Part shown: one piece after another, positions 51,431 to 63,410 of the stretch
How the letters are laid out: every line of letters starts with the position of its first letter
Position numbering within the stretch: position 1 is the first letter of the stretch
NCBI RefSeq assembly: GCF_006345805.1
Contig: NC_043021.1
Coordinates: 24,986,001 to 25,050,000, forward strand
Direction: 5' to 3'
Source: Octopus sinensis
Lineage: Eukaryota
DNA length: 64,000 nucleotides
The notes under the pieces: model-generated
Database searches by the model: none
The model's input: the letters and a program-made list of their open reading frames with translations, nothing else
Told to the model about the DNA's origin: nothing
Program-made: the position numbers and the translations under genes

Positions 51431-52952
51431 ATTTATATATTTATTGTACATAACAGGAAAAATTGTATGTCTATGTATATCTTATATAATGATAAAACAA
51501 TCACATTTATACTAGGTATAGTATGTTGTTAGTGTCCCATGCTTGTTCGTTTATGTCCCCGTAACTTAGCTGTTTGGCAAAAGAGACTGATGGAATAAGT
51601 ACCAGACTTAAAACAAAATAAATATTAGGGTCAATTTGTTCAACTAAAACCCTTCAAGGTGGTACCCCAGCATGGCCTCACAGTGCAATTACTGAAACAT
51701 GTAATAGATAAGGCATTTCAGTTGTTGCTGTTCTGGGCTTTGATTGACCCCAAAATCAGCCTCGATTCACATTGTCCACGTTTTGGGGCCATTTTCTGAG
51801 AAGACATTAGTCTTGTTTTGTTGGTGGATGAACAATCTTTATACAACGTGACTCGAATATTTGTCTCAAGCCTGGTACATTGGTTCTCTTGTTAAACACC
51901 TAAGTTATAAGAATGTAAATGAACCGACACCAGTTGTCAAGCAGTAGAGGGTTGAAAAACACAGACACAAAACATATACGTGCACACACATGCACACAAT
52001 GGGCTTCTCACAAGTAAGGCATTGGTTGGCCCAGGATTATAGTTAAAGATACCCAATGGGACTGAACCCAAAACCACATGGTTGCAAAGCCTGCTTCTTG
52101 ACCTCACAGCCATGCTGGAAGCTGTTGTTGTTGTTGATTCAAACTGCTGGTATTAATGTCTAATGTTTTCAAGAGTTATTACCCTTCAACTTTACACATT
52201 GCATAAACAAAAGAGGGCGCTTTGGTTTATTTTGTTGCTTTCTTAGTGTGAACAGTAAATAGTTAATTACACCCTCAGAAAGGTCCTCAGTGGCTTTCGT
52301 CAGTGGGTCTTGTATACAAAGGGCTCGTTCCTAAGGTGTCGTTTGTTTCCAGTTCTCCATGCAGACATGTCTGAGCCATTTGTTCTTCAGTCGAATGGGA
52401 GATTATTATATTCCATTGGAAACAAGAAGGAACTGGCAACAAGATGGGCATCTGGCGGAAGGAAACCCCTCTCCCGATGTGCTCTTGCCTGACCCTTGTT
52501 GAAATCATGAGGATGAGGAGTTTTAATTAAAACTTTATTACAAGTCTTTTTCACATGTTACATCCATTCTGAAGTAAACTCCTGCCCCTCCCCCCCAGCC
52601 CCCAAGACACATCAAACTAAATGAACTCTTGAGGGGCAGTGCTCCAGCTGGGCTCCAGTTCAATTTCTGGACCCTGTAAAATAGTAAAAATGCATTTGTA
52701 TGTTTGTGTGAAAATTATGGACAGCAGGATGTATAAGTAGTAGTAGTAGTATTAGTAGTAGTAGTAGTAGTGGTGGTGGTGGTAGTAGTAGTAGTAGTGG
52801 TCGTTGGCAGTGGACTTCAAAAGACATTTTTAAAGAAATCTTTGATTCTTTATGAATTCTTGGTTTGTGTTCTAACAAAACAATTACTGACAATTTAATC
52901 ATTTACTCCCCTTTGTAATCATCTTTTGTTTTTTTAATTGTTTTTTAATTAG

Positions 52953-53039
52953 ATCGAAGGAGCTGGGCTGGAGAGACGCCGTCACTTTCAAATGGGAAGA
53001 CCTCTGCCAATGGTTCTACGACCCGCAATGGACGTTGTA
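52953..53039 (+). CDS. AKAP10: AKAP10 coding exon 2 (DRRSWAGETPSLSNGKTSANGSTTRNGRC)
   Basis: T-rich acceptor ttttttaattag, donor A|GTGAGT, 87 nt, phase 1-1, open frame. Unique CpG-containing sequence amid repeats. No recognisable homology, so support is gene-structure only. Confidence 0.7.
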
Positions 53040-53621
53040 GTGAGTTGCAGCTTTTCACTTTGGATTTTGAGGGGCAACAAGATGGTAGAATCATTAGGGT
53101 GTTGGACAAAGATGCTTAGCAGCTTTTCTTCCAGCTCTTTGTGTTCTGAGTTCAAATCCTACCAAGGTCTTTTTTGCCTTTCATCCTATTCAGGGTAATA
53201 AAACAAGTACCTGTCAAACACTGGGGTCAATATAATCAATTAAAATTCTAGATTTTGTTCCTTTATTAGAAACCATTATTATTATTATTATTCCTAAGTT
53301 GGCAGAATTTTTAGAGTGTTTGACGAAGTGCAAAGCAGTATTTCTTTCAGGTCGCTGCGTTTTGAATTTAAATCCTGCTGAGGTCTGCTTTGCCTCTCAT
53401 CTTTTTGCAGTCAGTGAAATAAAGCACAAGAACCGGGATCATTGTAAGAACTGGGATCATTGTAATTGACTGACCCCTCCCCTCAAAATCACTGGTCTTT
53501 AAGATTGTCATGTTTTACCTTAAATTCCTTTCCTCGTCTCCAATTGCTGATTTTTCCCAGTTTTCTGTGAAAGCTTCATAATTATGTATTTGTGAGCAGT
53601 TTATTTTAATTACTCATTTAA

Positions 53622-54426
53622 CCCTTGTCTTACCAACCTGCTTGGGGCTACCCTTGCTTCTATAATACAAACTTCCCATTTTAAAGAGATCTAAAAACTT
53701 TCTTACATCAACATCATCATCATCATCGTTTAACGTCCGTTTTCCATGCTAGCATGGGTTGGACGGTTCAACCGGGGATCTCGGAAGCCAGAAGGCTGCA
53801 CCAGGCTCCGGTCTTATCTGGCAGTGTTTCTACAGCTGGATGCCCTTCCTAATGCCAACCACTCCGTGAGTGTAGTGGGTGCTTTTTACGTGCCACCTGC
53901 ACAGGTGCCAGACGAGGCTGGCAAACGGCCACGATCGGATGGTGCTTTTTACGTGCTACCGGCACGGAGGCCAGTCGGGGCGGCGCTGGCAACGGCCACG
54001 TTCGGATGGTTCTCTTACATGCCACTGGCACTGGTATCACAGCTATTTCATGTAAATTTCTGTTCCAAACACCAGCTTTACAATAACAGTTATTTTACTA
54101 AATTCTTCAGAGTTTCCGAAATTAATTGAAAGCGTGGCAATGGGAGTATCTTGATAGAAATATCCTAGTTGTGATATAGCTTCCAGATCTTTCCATCATA
54201 TTTCTTTTTACTCTGTTGGTACATCAAACCTGGTTTTATGGTACAAACTTCCTATTTTAAATTGATATAAATCAAAACCTTTTTATTAAAAATTTCACTT
54301 TAATTAATGTTCCAAACATCAGCTTAATACTGACAAAGTTATTCGACTAAATTCTTCATTATTGTCAAAAAAATTAATTCAACAGAAATATATTAGCAAA
54401 AGTAACAGTATGTGGTAAGAAAAGGG
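53622..54426. mobile_element. Composite piggyBac-like MITE ending ~40 nt upstream of AKAP10 exon 3
   Basis: TTAA-CCCTT start and AAAGGG-TTAA end. Internal tandem halves related to 36679-36900; interrupted by family C. Confidence 0.6.
53706..54045 (-). mobile_element. Family C copy nested in a TTAA MITE
   Basis: Same sequence family; interrupts the 53622-54426 MITE. Confidence 0.85.
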
Positions 54427-54467
54427 TTAATTATTTCTTTAACATTAACTGCCTACTCCACTTTCAG

Positions 54468-54560
54468 ATGATGAAGAAGCTGGTTTCTCCCCAGACAGAT
54501 CCAACCGGCCTCAGTCTTTGTTGCTAAATTCTGAATTAATTAAAGAACTTGCAGAGTCAG
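54468..54560 (+). CDS. AKAP10: AKAP10 coding exon 3 (DEEAGFSPDRSNRPQSLLLNSELIKELAES)
   Basis: Acceptor ccactttcag, donor CAG|GTCAGT, 93 nt, phase 1-1, open and in frame with exon 4. Confidence 0.72.
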
Positions 54561-56022
54561 GTCAGTAAATTAATTATATCCCACCTCCCCGCTCCTCCTT
54601 GAATGCCTTGATCACCGGGCTGGGTGATTTGTTTGGATGGTCACTATCCTAGTCCCATAGACTAGCACCTGACTGGTTACACCTGCTGGACTGTGGCCAT
54701 TCTGGGGTATCAATTGTATATTCTTAGTCATATTGACACTAGTATTTACTTCAGCCTTGTGCTTATTTGATTGATCTCTGATTGTCAAACCACTAAGTTA
54801 CAGGACATGGAGAAAGTAGAACATAAACACACACATACTCCCGGTCCAGGACCCACCTACCCTTTCTAATGGTGGATGTTAAGTAATAGCAACAAATATT
54901 GTCAGGCCCTTTTCTCTGCTAAAGCAGGGCTTTGCCCAGCTTAGATACATAGAGACACACATACATATATACATAGATACTCACATAAACACAGGCATAC
55001 ATAAACACATACATACATACAGACAAATACACACACACACACACACATACATACACACACACTACAGGCTTCTGCATAGTGTTCATCTACTGAATTCCTC
55101 CCACAAGATGTTTGGTCTGTTCTGAGTTCAAATTCTACAAGAGCTCACTTTAACATTTTGCCAACTGAGATCAATAAAAGAAATACCAATCAAATTTTGG
55201 AATTAATTTGATTGATTTTGCATTTCTCAAAACTTCTGGTTTTGTGCCAATATTGGTAATCAATATTTTATGTTGTTTGTAAAAGAAACCAATTTTCACC
55301 AAATTGTCAGAAATCTGTAGAGCATCCGTTGGAGGATTAATGTCACTTAGGATTAAAGAAAATAAGATTAATGATGTGACAAATCCTTAAAGTTGGTGCT
55401 TTATGTCCAGTTTTGGTAGCATTATGTAAATGCTAATCTATTACTTGGAAGGACGTTGTGGATATCTTTGAAGGTAGCCTTTAGCTGCAGGACTAAACGA
55501 TCTGAGCACTAATCAAGCCAATGGCCTTCTCGTTAGTGACCCCCACCATTGCCACCATCTTCAAGGTTGAATTGTACACCCACAAATGGTGCCTAACAAT
55601 GCAGAGGAAATTGCCATACACATGAGTTACCTGCTAGAAATAACAACTAAATCTCCCTCAAATCACACCCTTAAAAAGGGAGCAATATTTTCCAGATGCA
55701 TGGATTTTAGTTTGTGTTCCCTCTTTCATCCCTGCCATTCCACCATTTTCATTAATGAAAATAATAATGATAATAAGCATTCGTAAATTAATTCTGTTGA
55801 TATCAATATCTGTGTGTGTCATGCTTGAGAAATATTGCCCCTAGTTTTCTAATATTTAGGAATCTCTTTACTAAATGCTCAAATATGTTGCTGTTGATGA
55901 GAAGTGCAATTAAACAGGGAAGATAATGGTAAAAATGGTTCCAGAGTGAAAAAGAAAAAAGAGATGTTCATTCTGATTTTATTTGAAGAAGCTGTCATGT
56001 CATTTTCTTTTCTCTTTCTTAG

Positions 56023-56976
56023 GTGTAAGTAACTCTCAGATAGAATCACCGATGCGGACATCATCGCGACTTTCCAAGACACTTTTAGAAATCCTCCATG
56101 ATAAAGAGGCCCTTCCGTCTTTTATTAGTTTCATGGAATCACAGAATGCCGGTCAGTATGTTCGGTTTTGGCTGGATGCAAAGAGTTTCCAAACAGCTGC
56201 CTGGACTCGTATACGAACCCATTCCTTGAATGCCCTGGCTAAAAGCTCTCTGACAGAAATGTCTCTGGCTGGAAGCACATCGTCCCCCAGCCGTTCTTTG
56301 TCATTGTCCTCTTCTCCAGCGGAAGTGTTCATAGAAGCAGAAACAACCCTTGCTACTGCAACATCCGATGCAACTTCTGTTTTCTCACCCTCTTTCCTGT
56401 CTTCATCTGCTGTAACTGACGAGACACCAGCTGGAGAAACCAGTTCCACATGCCGCCCTCTAGCTTCAGATACCTGCAATCATTTGCATGACAATCAGTG
56501 CCAAGTCAATCCACCGAGTTCTCTCCCTTCAGCTTTCTCTTCAACTCCACCACTTACGACGACGACGACGGTGGCGACCTCTTCGTCGTCCACATCGTCT
56601 TCTCCCAGCTATTCTTCCCCATGCGCTGCCGACAGTAGACTTTTCCCGAGTGCAGACATGGTGGAGGGACAAGGTCTTCCACGATCTTTAACAAGTGATA
56701 AAGACAGCATATTGATAAACAGCTCAAATAAACACACAGACTCTGACAAGAGCTCACATCTGGGGGCTTCTCAACTTGCAGATGACACACAATTATCAAA
56801 TTCTTCTGTGGTGAACGATGACTGTGGTGCCACTGCAAAAGACAGTTGCCAGGCTGTAAAGTTAGGACAAATTACCAAAGATGATGGTACCAGTAAAAAG
56901 GAGGAATGCAATACTAGTACAGAAAACAGCAGTTCCGACAGGCAGGTCAACAAATTAGGAACTAAACTACTTAGCA
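56023..56976 (+). CDS. AKAP10: AKAP10 coding exon 4: N-terminal half of split RGS domain plus long Ser/Thr-rich insert
   Basis: SRLSKTLLEILHDKEALPSFISFMESQNAGQYVRFWLDAKSFQTAAWTRIRTHSLN matches the AKAP10 RGS1 pattern (recalled human SSLSKTLEQVLHD...VKFWLEAESF...WSRIRAHSLN). Acceptor tctttcttag, donor A|GTGAGT, 954 nt. Confidence 0.93.
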
Positions 56977-57413
56977 GTGAGTTCAAATTCTCTTTATTCT
57001 TCTCTGAGGATCGTGGGACGTGGTTTTTTGTTCTTTCTTCTTGTCAGCAATTTCTGTTTGTGATTCTAAGATCTTCTATGTCTGTGGATGTCTTTGTGGT
57101 ACAACTGTCTGCTTTGACTGCTTGTGACATCATTGTCAGCTGTGTTTGGGTGGGATGCAAGTGTCTACCTCGTCTGTTTGCCTGGGATATCATTGTCTTC
57201 TGCATCTATTGGCAAATACAAACATACATACGTATATGCATACATACGTACGTAAGTGTGTGTGTGTATATACATGCACATACTTATGTATATACTTGCA
57301 CACATACAGATGTAAATGTATGACATATATATGCTCCCATATTCATATTCACACATGTGACACCCCCTCCGTACATATGCCCACCACCACATATATATTT
57401 ACATATATCTTTA

Positions 57414-57465
<52 letters not shown>

Positions 57466-57718
57466 CGTTTACAATCCGTGCTGAACTTCCAGCTACCAAC
57501 TGAATGTTCTTGATTGCAAACGAGCTGCAACTGGGGATGATGTTTGTTGGCATTTCCTCTCAAACGAATTATCTGCTCAACACTTTCAGATTCCTCTAGA
57601 ATTAAAAAAAGGCAAAAACCTTGGAAACCTTGTAAAGGGTCACTGTTGTCTTTGTTAGAAGTAGTCACCCACTTTCTCTTACTGCTTCATCTTTGCCTCT
57701 TGGTTTTTCTTTCTTCAG

Positions 57719-57817
57719 GTATAGAAAAGGATGCTGTTAGCATCTATGTGAAATATATCTCTCTCGATGCCACTCATTCAATCAAAATCAATGATGCATT
57801 ACGCAATGAGACAACCA
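57719..57817 (+). CDS. AKAP10: AKAP10 coding exon 5 (SIEKDAVSIYVKYISLDATHSIKINDALRNETT)
   Basis: Matches the RGS segment SIEQDAVNTFTKYISPDA. Acceptor ttcttcag, donor A|GTGAGT, 99 nt, phase 1-1. Confidence 0.93.
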
Positions 57818-57840
57818 GTGAGTATTATTATTATTATTAT

Positions 57841-58259
57841 TTTCTCTTCTTTCAAATTTGCTTCCATTTCTTGCCGAGTGTCTTCCCGACTCCTAGGGCA
57901 AAGAAACTCATAGTATACATTGGTAGGCCATTAAACTAAACTCACTAGTTCGTTCATTTTTTTTTTTTAAAGTTAAATTAAAATACATGGGTAGTAATAG
58001 TTCTCACAGCGACAATGCTCTTCTCAATACGTGTGATGTACCAGTTAGGACAATCTTTTGCACTTCTTGCAGGGATGGTAAGCCAGGGATCATTCTCATA
58101 TAATTTTCGGTTCCCTTCTTGATCATTCCTAGTGCTCCTATGATCACTGGTATTGTAACCGCCTTGAGATGCCACATTTTCTCAATTTCAATGAGCAGGT
58201 CTTTATATTTTCTGAGCTTGTCAAACTCTTTCGCCGATATATTATGATCACAGGGTATG

Positions 58260-58263
<4 letters not shown>
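57841..58263 (-). mobile_element. 5'-truncated R4/Dong-like LINE (REL C-terminus plus 3' UTR) flanked by (TAA)n
   Basis: Open ORF end SIPCDHNISAKEFDKLRKYKDL...WHLKAVTIPVIIGALG...VLRRALSL*. (TAA)n on both sides (57823-57840, 58264-58307). Confidence 0.85.
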
Positions 58264-58309
<46 letters not shown>

Positions 58310-59010
58310 GGCTGGCAGAATCGTTGGCCTGCTGGTCAAGATGCTTAGTGACATTTTGTCCACCTTCACATTCTGAGTTCAAATTCTGCTGAGGTCTGCA
58401 GAGTTTACAAAAAAGGTACCAGTTGAACACTGGGGTTAATGTAATTGACTTACCCCATCTCCCAAAATTGCTGGCCTTGTGCCAAAATTTGAAACCCTTA
58501 TTATTACTATTATGTTTCTCTTGCTGTTACTGACACGTGACGTGTTTGGTCATCGTCTTCAGTTGGTCACTCTTAAATGACTGGGTTTTTTTTAATTATT
58601 CATTAATTGTCTTTGACTTGTTTTAGTCATTAGACTGTGGCCATGAAGGATTTAGTCAAACAGATTGACCCAGAACTTAATTTTAAGCCCAGTACTTATT
58701 CTGTTGCTCTCTATTGCTGGACCTCCAAGTTGTGGGAAAGGCATGGACATCACTTAATACCATTTCCCTTTCTTATAAATATTAACATGTCCACCCATGT
58801 ACCAAGATTTTTCATTTATTGAGATCAAATTCAGCCGAGGGCAACTTGGTCTTCCATCCCACCAGCCTGAGGTTAATAAAATAAAGTACCAGTCACAAAA
58901 TTGGGGTCAATGGGATCAACTAATCGCCTCCCCTAAATCTGCTGGCCCTGTGCTCAAGTGAAAAGCAATTATTTCATTTTATTTATATTTCTGTATTTAT
59001 TATGTTTCAG

Positions 59011-59095
59011 GTAAAATTTGTCAGGAAGTGGGCAAAGTTGATCCAGAATGTTTTGTGGCATGTCAAGACTACGTTTTAGAAGTCATGAAGAGAGA
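59011..59095 (+). CDS. AKAP10: AKAP10 coding exon 6 (SKICQEVGKVDPECFVACQDYVLEVMKR)
   Basis: Matches ARICGEDGQVDPNCFVLAQ. Acceptor tgtttcag, donor GA|GTAGGT, 85 nt, phase 1-2. Confidence 0.92.
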
Positions 59096-59412
59096 GTAGG
59101 TTTTACTTCCTTTTTTATTACCCAGTGTGAAGCCAATTATTGTATAACTAAGTGGGGGGAAAGGTACATCCCAGTGAACAAACTGAATATAAATTATTAA
59201 TTCACTGGGCTTCTAGGGATTTATGAAAATTTATTCTAGTGTTACAGGCGTGATTTGAATCTCAAAACTAATTGCCAAACTATTGTTAGATGAAAATATT
59301 TATTGTAATTGTGTGTTTGTGATGAAAAAGAAGAAAATACTTGGATTTTAAGTGAATATGTTAACGACCATGTGAGTTTATATCCATAAATATATGCATA
59401 CCTGTATATTTA

Positions 59413-59743
59413 TGATACCAGTGCCGGTGGAACATAAGAGAACCATCCGAACGTGGCCGTTGCCAGCGCTGCCCCGACTGGCCTCTGTGCCGGTGGCACG
59501 TAAAAAGCACCATCCGATCGTGACCATTGCCAGCCTCACCTGGCCTCCGTGCCGGTGGCACGTAAAAAGCACCCACTACACTCACGGAGTGGTTGGCGTT
59601 AGGAAGGGCATCCAGCCGTAGAAACACTGCCAGATCAGACTGGGCCTGGTGCAGCCTCCTGGCTTCCCAGACCCCTGTTGAACCGTCCAACCCATGCTAG
59701 CATGGAAAGCGGACGCTAAACGATGAGGATGATGATGATGATG
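59413..59743 (+). mobile_element. Family C copy, inverted relative to 53706-54045
   Basis: Colinear reverse-complement match over ~330 bp. Confidence 0.85.
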
Positions 59744-60747
59744 TATGTATATATGCACACATGTACACACATAAATGTATACATGCACTGAAACCTGCAC
59801 ATGTGTAGATGTAGTCATACACATACATACACATGTTTATATTCCCCATTCGTTTACACCTGGATGCAAACCTTTGCCCTACACATGCACGCATTATAGA
59901 CTTTTGCTAACCCATAATTGCATTCAAGTTTGCACATCGACACTTCCCTGCGCGCACAGGTGTTTAGACATTTATTTACGGTCTGTAACTCCACCTGTAA
60001 CTCCAAATTATTTTGACAAATAAATGAAGTTGTCTCCCTTCACAATGTTTTCTAAATCTTCAAAGTTCGTCATTTATTCCTGGAATATCTTTGTTATGGT
60101 ATTTCGTTATAAATACAATATATTCCCTATGTGGATGCTGTCACAAATATTTTACTTCTAATCTGTGCCACACTTTGGATATTTAGGGTGACTGCTGTCT
60201 CAGCTGAGGTAATTGTTGTGTAGCTATGTCCAGATGTTGCTCTCCTTGCTCTCTCACCATTGACCCAGGGGAACATGAAAGATGTCACAGCTGGAGGGAA
60301 GAGAGAGAGAGAGAAGTGGACCACCCGGTCTTAGTGTGTTGGGGGTCATGATCATAAGGACATGGACTTCATTCCCCTAACTCTTTCACCTAGAAGATAT
60401 ACTTTTACAGTTACAAATACCCAAGTAAGCAATATATGTGTAGTAAGTAGGGTTTGGGGTCACATGTGTTGGTGGGGTTCTGTGTTTGTCTACCACTAAA
60501 AATTATTTTGAAATACCTGGAAGTTAATGTTTCTTTTGAGACAGCTTACAGTATAATGCTCGTGGGAGAAAACTGCATTGGAATTGTGATAGGTCAATTG
60601 GCCCTCTCTTATGCGCACACAAGCGCATGCATAAAAGTACTTTATACCAGAACTAAATGGGTTTCAATCCACTGATGACAACACCTTAGCAACAGAAACA
60701 CCTTTTTATGTTGTTAGTATTAAAGTGAAAACCCGTTTCTCTCTCAG

Positions 60748-60789
60748 CATTGATAACACTGACTCTGTTGAGAATGTCGTCGTCTGGGA
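60748..60789 (+). CDS. AKAP10: Candidate 42-nt cassette exon of AKAP10 (IDNTDSVENVVVW)
   Basis: Acceptor cccgtttctctctcAG, donor GA|GTGAGT, phase 2-2, no stop, in a non-repetitive intron stretch. Confidence 0.35.
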
Positions 60790-61371
60790 GTGAGTGTGAT
60801 GTACAGGTGCAAACAGATTTAAGGTCCACAAATTCTTCTACAAATGGGATACAGACATGGAGGTTGGGTGTGGTTTGGAACAATGCAGAATGGTTTTTTT
60901 CGTCTGTTCATTTTTTTGCAGTTTCTATTCTTGTATGGATTTTTACATCCTTAGCTCAGGTCAAGTTTCAGCCTACGTGACCTTTTTGTCAGTCCTTTCC
61001 ACTGGGTCTGGGGTATCTCTGACCTTTCCAACTTCCAGCAGGGACCACAGTTTATCACTGTACCTCTTCTTTTCGCTTCTATTTTGTTAAGCTCTTGTTT
61101 ATCGTTCAAAATAAAAATCTCCCTTTCAGAACTGAGTGTTGAGGAGGGTGTGTGCCATGTGTCCCCATCTTTTCACACTTGGCCCTCTTTGCTTACATTT
61201 ACTCTCTCTGTTCATTTGCTTCTTTTTCGTATGACAATATCACCGTAGAAGCGTTGAATTCTTATCAAAATTGTTTTAATATTTTCATTTCTGTGCATTC
61301 AAGATTTCAATTTGTACACATTATTTCATCACACACAAAATTTGTATATCATAACTAATTTTTGTACACAG

Positions 61372-61380
61372 GATCTTCAG
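61372..61380 (+). CDS. AKAP10: Candidate 9-nt alternative microexon of AKAP10 (GATCTTCAG)
   Basis: ctaat-ttttgtacacAG|GATCTTCAG|GTAAGT. Phase 2-2, in frame between exons 6 and 7. No transcript evidence. Confidence 0.45.
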
Positions 61381-61875
61381 GTAAGTTATGACTTGCCTGA
61401 AGATCTTGTGTACAACCAAGGTGTTCACATTAATCCAATATATGCATGTTGATGTTTTATTTTAAATGGGGAATACATAGCATTTGAAATTTCTGGTTAA
61501 TTCTATTTGCAGAGTAATTACATATCAAAATAGAGGACTGGAAGAATTTGGTATGTTTTTAATTCCATGTTATACGTGTTCCATTACTGGAGATGAGTCA
61601 CAAAGACATATTGAACTTTGTAACCATAAATCTTCAGACAAACATTAAAAAAATAATATTAGTTTTGAATCTTTGTCCGAAGAGTAATGGTTAGGAGATT
61701 CAATACAAGTTCTTTTCTACACGTCTACCTTTGTAACTCTTCTCCTATAATGAAACATGTATAACATGAAGTTAAAATTATACCAAATTCTTCCACTTTT
61801 CTTTTTCAATCTATAATATCGGTTTTATAATCTCCTGGTTCCAGTGTCTCAGTTTTCCATGTTATTCAATTGCAG

Positions 61876-61999
61876 TTACTATGCTGAATTCCTACACAGT
61901 GTATACCACTGCAAACATCAGATTGATGTGCTGACAAGTGGTAAAGTCTACCTTGCTGACATCTTACACAACGATACTGCTATTTTCTACTTCATGGAG
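61876..61999 (+). CDS. AKAP10: AKAP10 coding exon 7 (YYAEFLHSVYHCKHQIDVLTSGKVYLADILHNDTAIFYFME): end of RGS1, start of RGS2
   Basis: Matches HFSEFLRSHHFCKYQIEVLTSGTVYLADIL. Acceptor ttgcag, donor GAG|GTAAGC, 124 nt, phase 2-0. Confidence 0.94.
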
Positions 62000-62194
62000 G
62001 TAAGCTGGTCACCCACCGATCGACCCACACTGATGGAGTCGTTCTTCATAAAGTTTTTCTTTTCTTAATCAACACTTGTTGTAACTAATGAAGCACTGCA
62101 GCATAGCAACAGAACCATGATGATATATCTCAAGAAACCCATTCCTACCATGACAGCCAGCCTCATAACACACCGAGCCATTGTAGCTGTCATG

Positions 62195-62930
62195 CTTGCA
62201 TGGATGTTTGGTTAAAGAGCTGGCTTCCCAGCCATGTCGTTTTGGGTTCAGTCTCACTACATGGCACCTTGGACAAGTTCCTTTTACTATAGCCCTGGGC
62301 CAACCAATGCCTTGTGAGTGGATCTGGTGGATGGAATCTATGTTGAAGCTCATTGTATGTATGTGTGTGTATACACACACACACACACATATATATATCT
62401 TTTATCTTTTACTTGTTTCACTCATTAGACTGTAGCCATGCTGGAGCACCACCTTGAGGCATTGTAATCAAATGACCTAACCCCAGTACATTTATTCACG
62501 TTTTAAGCCTGGTGCTTATTCTATCAATCTCTTTTGCTGAACCACTAAATAACAGGACATAAACAAACCAGCACCAGTTGTCAAGTGGTCATGGGGACAG
62601 ACACACACACATACACACACACACACATGCACGCACATACCAAATCCACTCGCAAGGCTTTGGTTGGCCTGAGGCTATGGTAGAAGACACTTGCTCAAGG
62701 TGCCATGCAGTGGGACTGAACCTGGAACCATGTGGTTGGGAAGCAAAGTTCTAACCACACAGCCACACTTGTGCCTGTATATGCGTGTGTGTGTGTGTGT
62801 GTCCCACCCCACTGCTTGACAACCAGTGTTGGTTTGCTTATGTTCCTGTAACTTAGCAATTTGGCAAAAGAGAACAATAAAATAAGTATCAGATCTAAAA
62901 AATAAGTACAAGTGACAGGAAAAAGAAGTA
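62195..62930. mobile_element. SINE B (+) with an inverted SINE B (-, ~62400-62775) nested in its central microsatellite
   Basis: Head on + at 62195-62345, full minus copy, then + tail at 62790-62930. Confidence 0.7.
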
Positions 62931-63410
62931 AAAAGCAAAAGATGTATTTTGCTGTACTTGTGTGTTTGTGTGCATAAACATATATATAAACACACACACA
63001 CACACACACACATATATACAAGAAATATAAATATCATTAAAAATAATGTTACTGTCCAGCAAGAATAAAGCACCATAAAAGGTGAAATTATAAATATACT
63101 AAGCGGATGTACACAAAGTACAATCATTGCTAGAAATAGCAGCCAATAAGTTATCAGCACTATGTAAAGCTTCACTGAATTTGTTTACAGGCAGAGATGC
63201 TTGTGGGTGGTGAATATAATAAAGCTTTGCCTTACCTCTACAGATACTGTTGGAGGAATGAAGGTTAATTCAATGCTGCAGTTTCAAATTCTTCAGATCA
63301 CATGTATGAGCAGGAATCTGATTATCTTCAGTTGAATCTACCATTGGCAACAAAATTTTATAATATACACTACATATATGTGTATGTGTATATATATATA
63401 TATATATATA

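Noticed and set aside
55983-57323. 446-aa ORF as a single-exon gene
   Set aside because: Only 56023-56976 is exonic. The ends run through a clear acceptor and donor into intron and microsatellite sequence.
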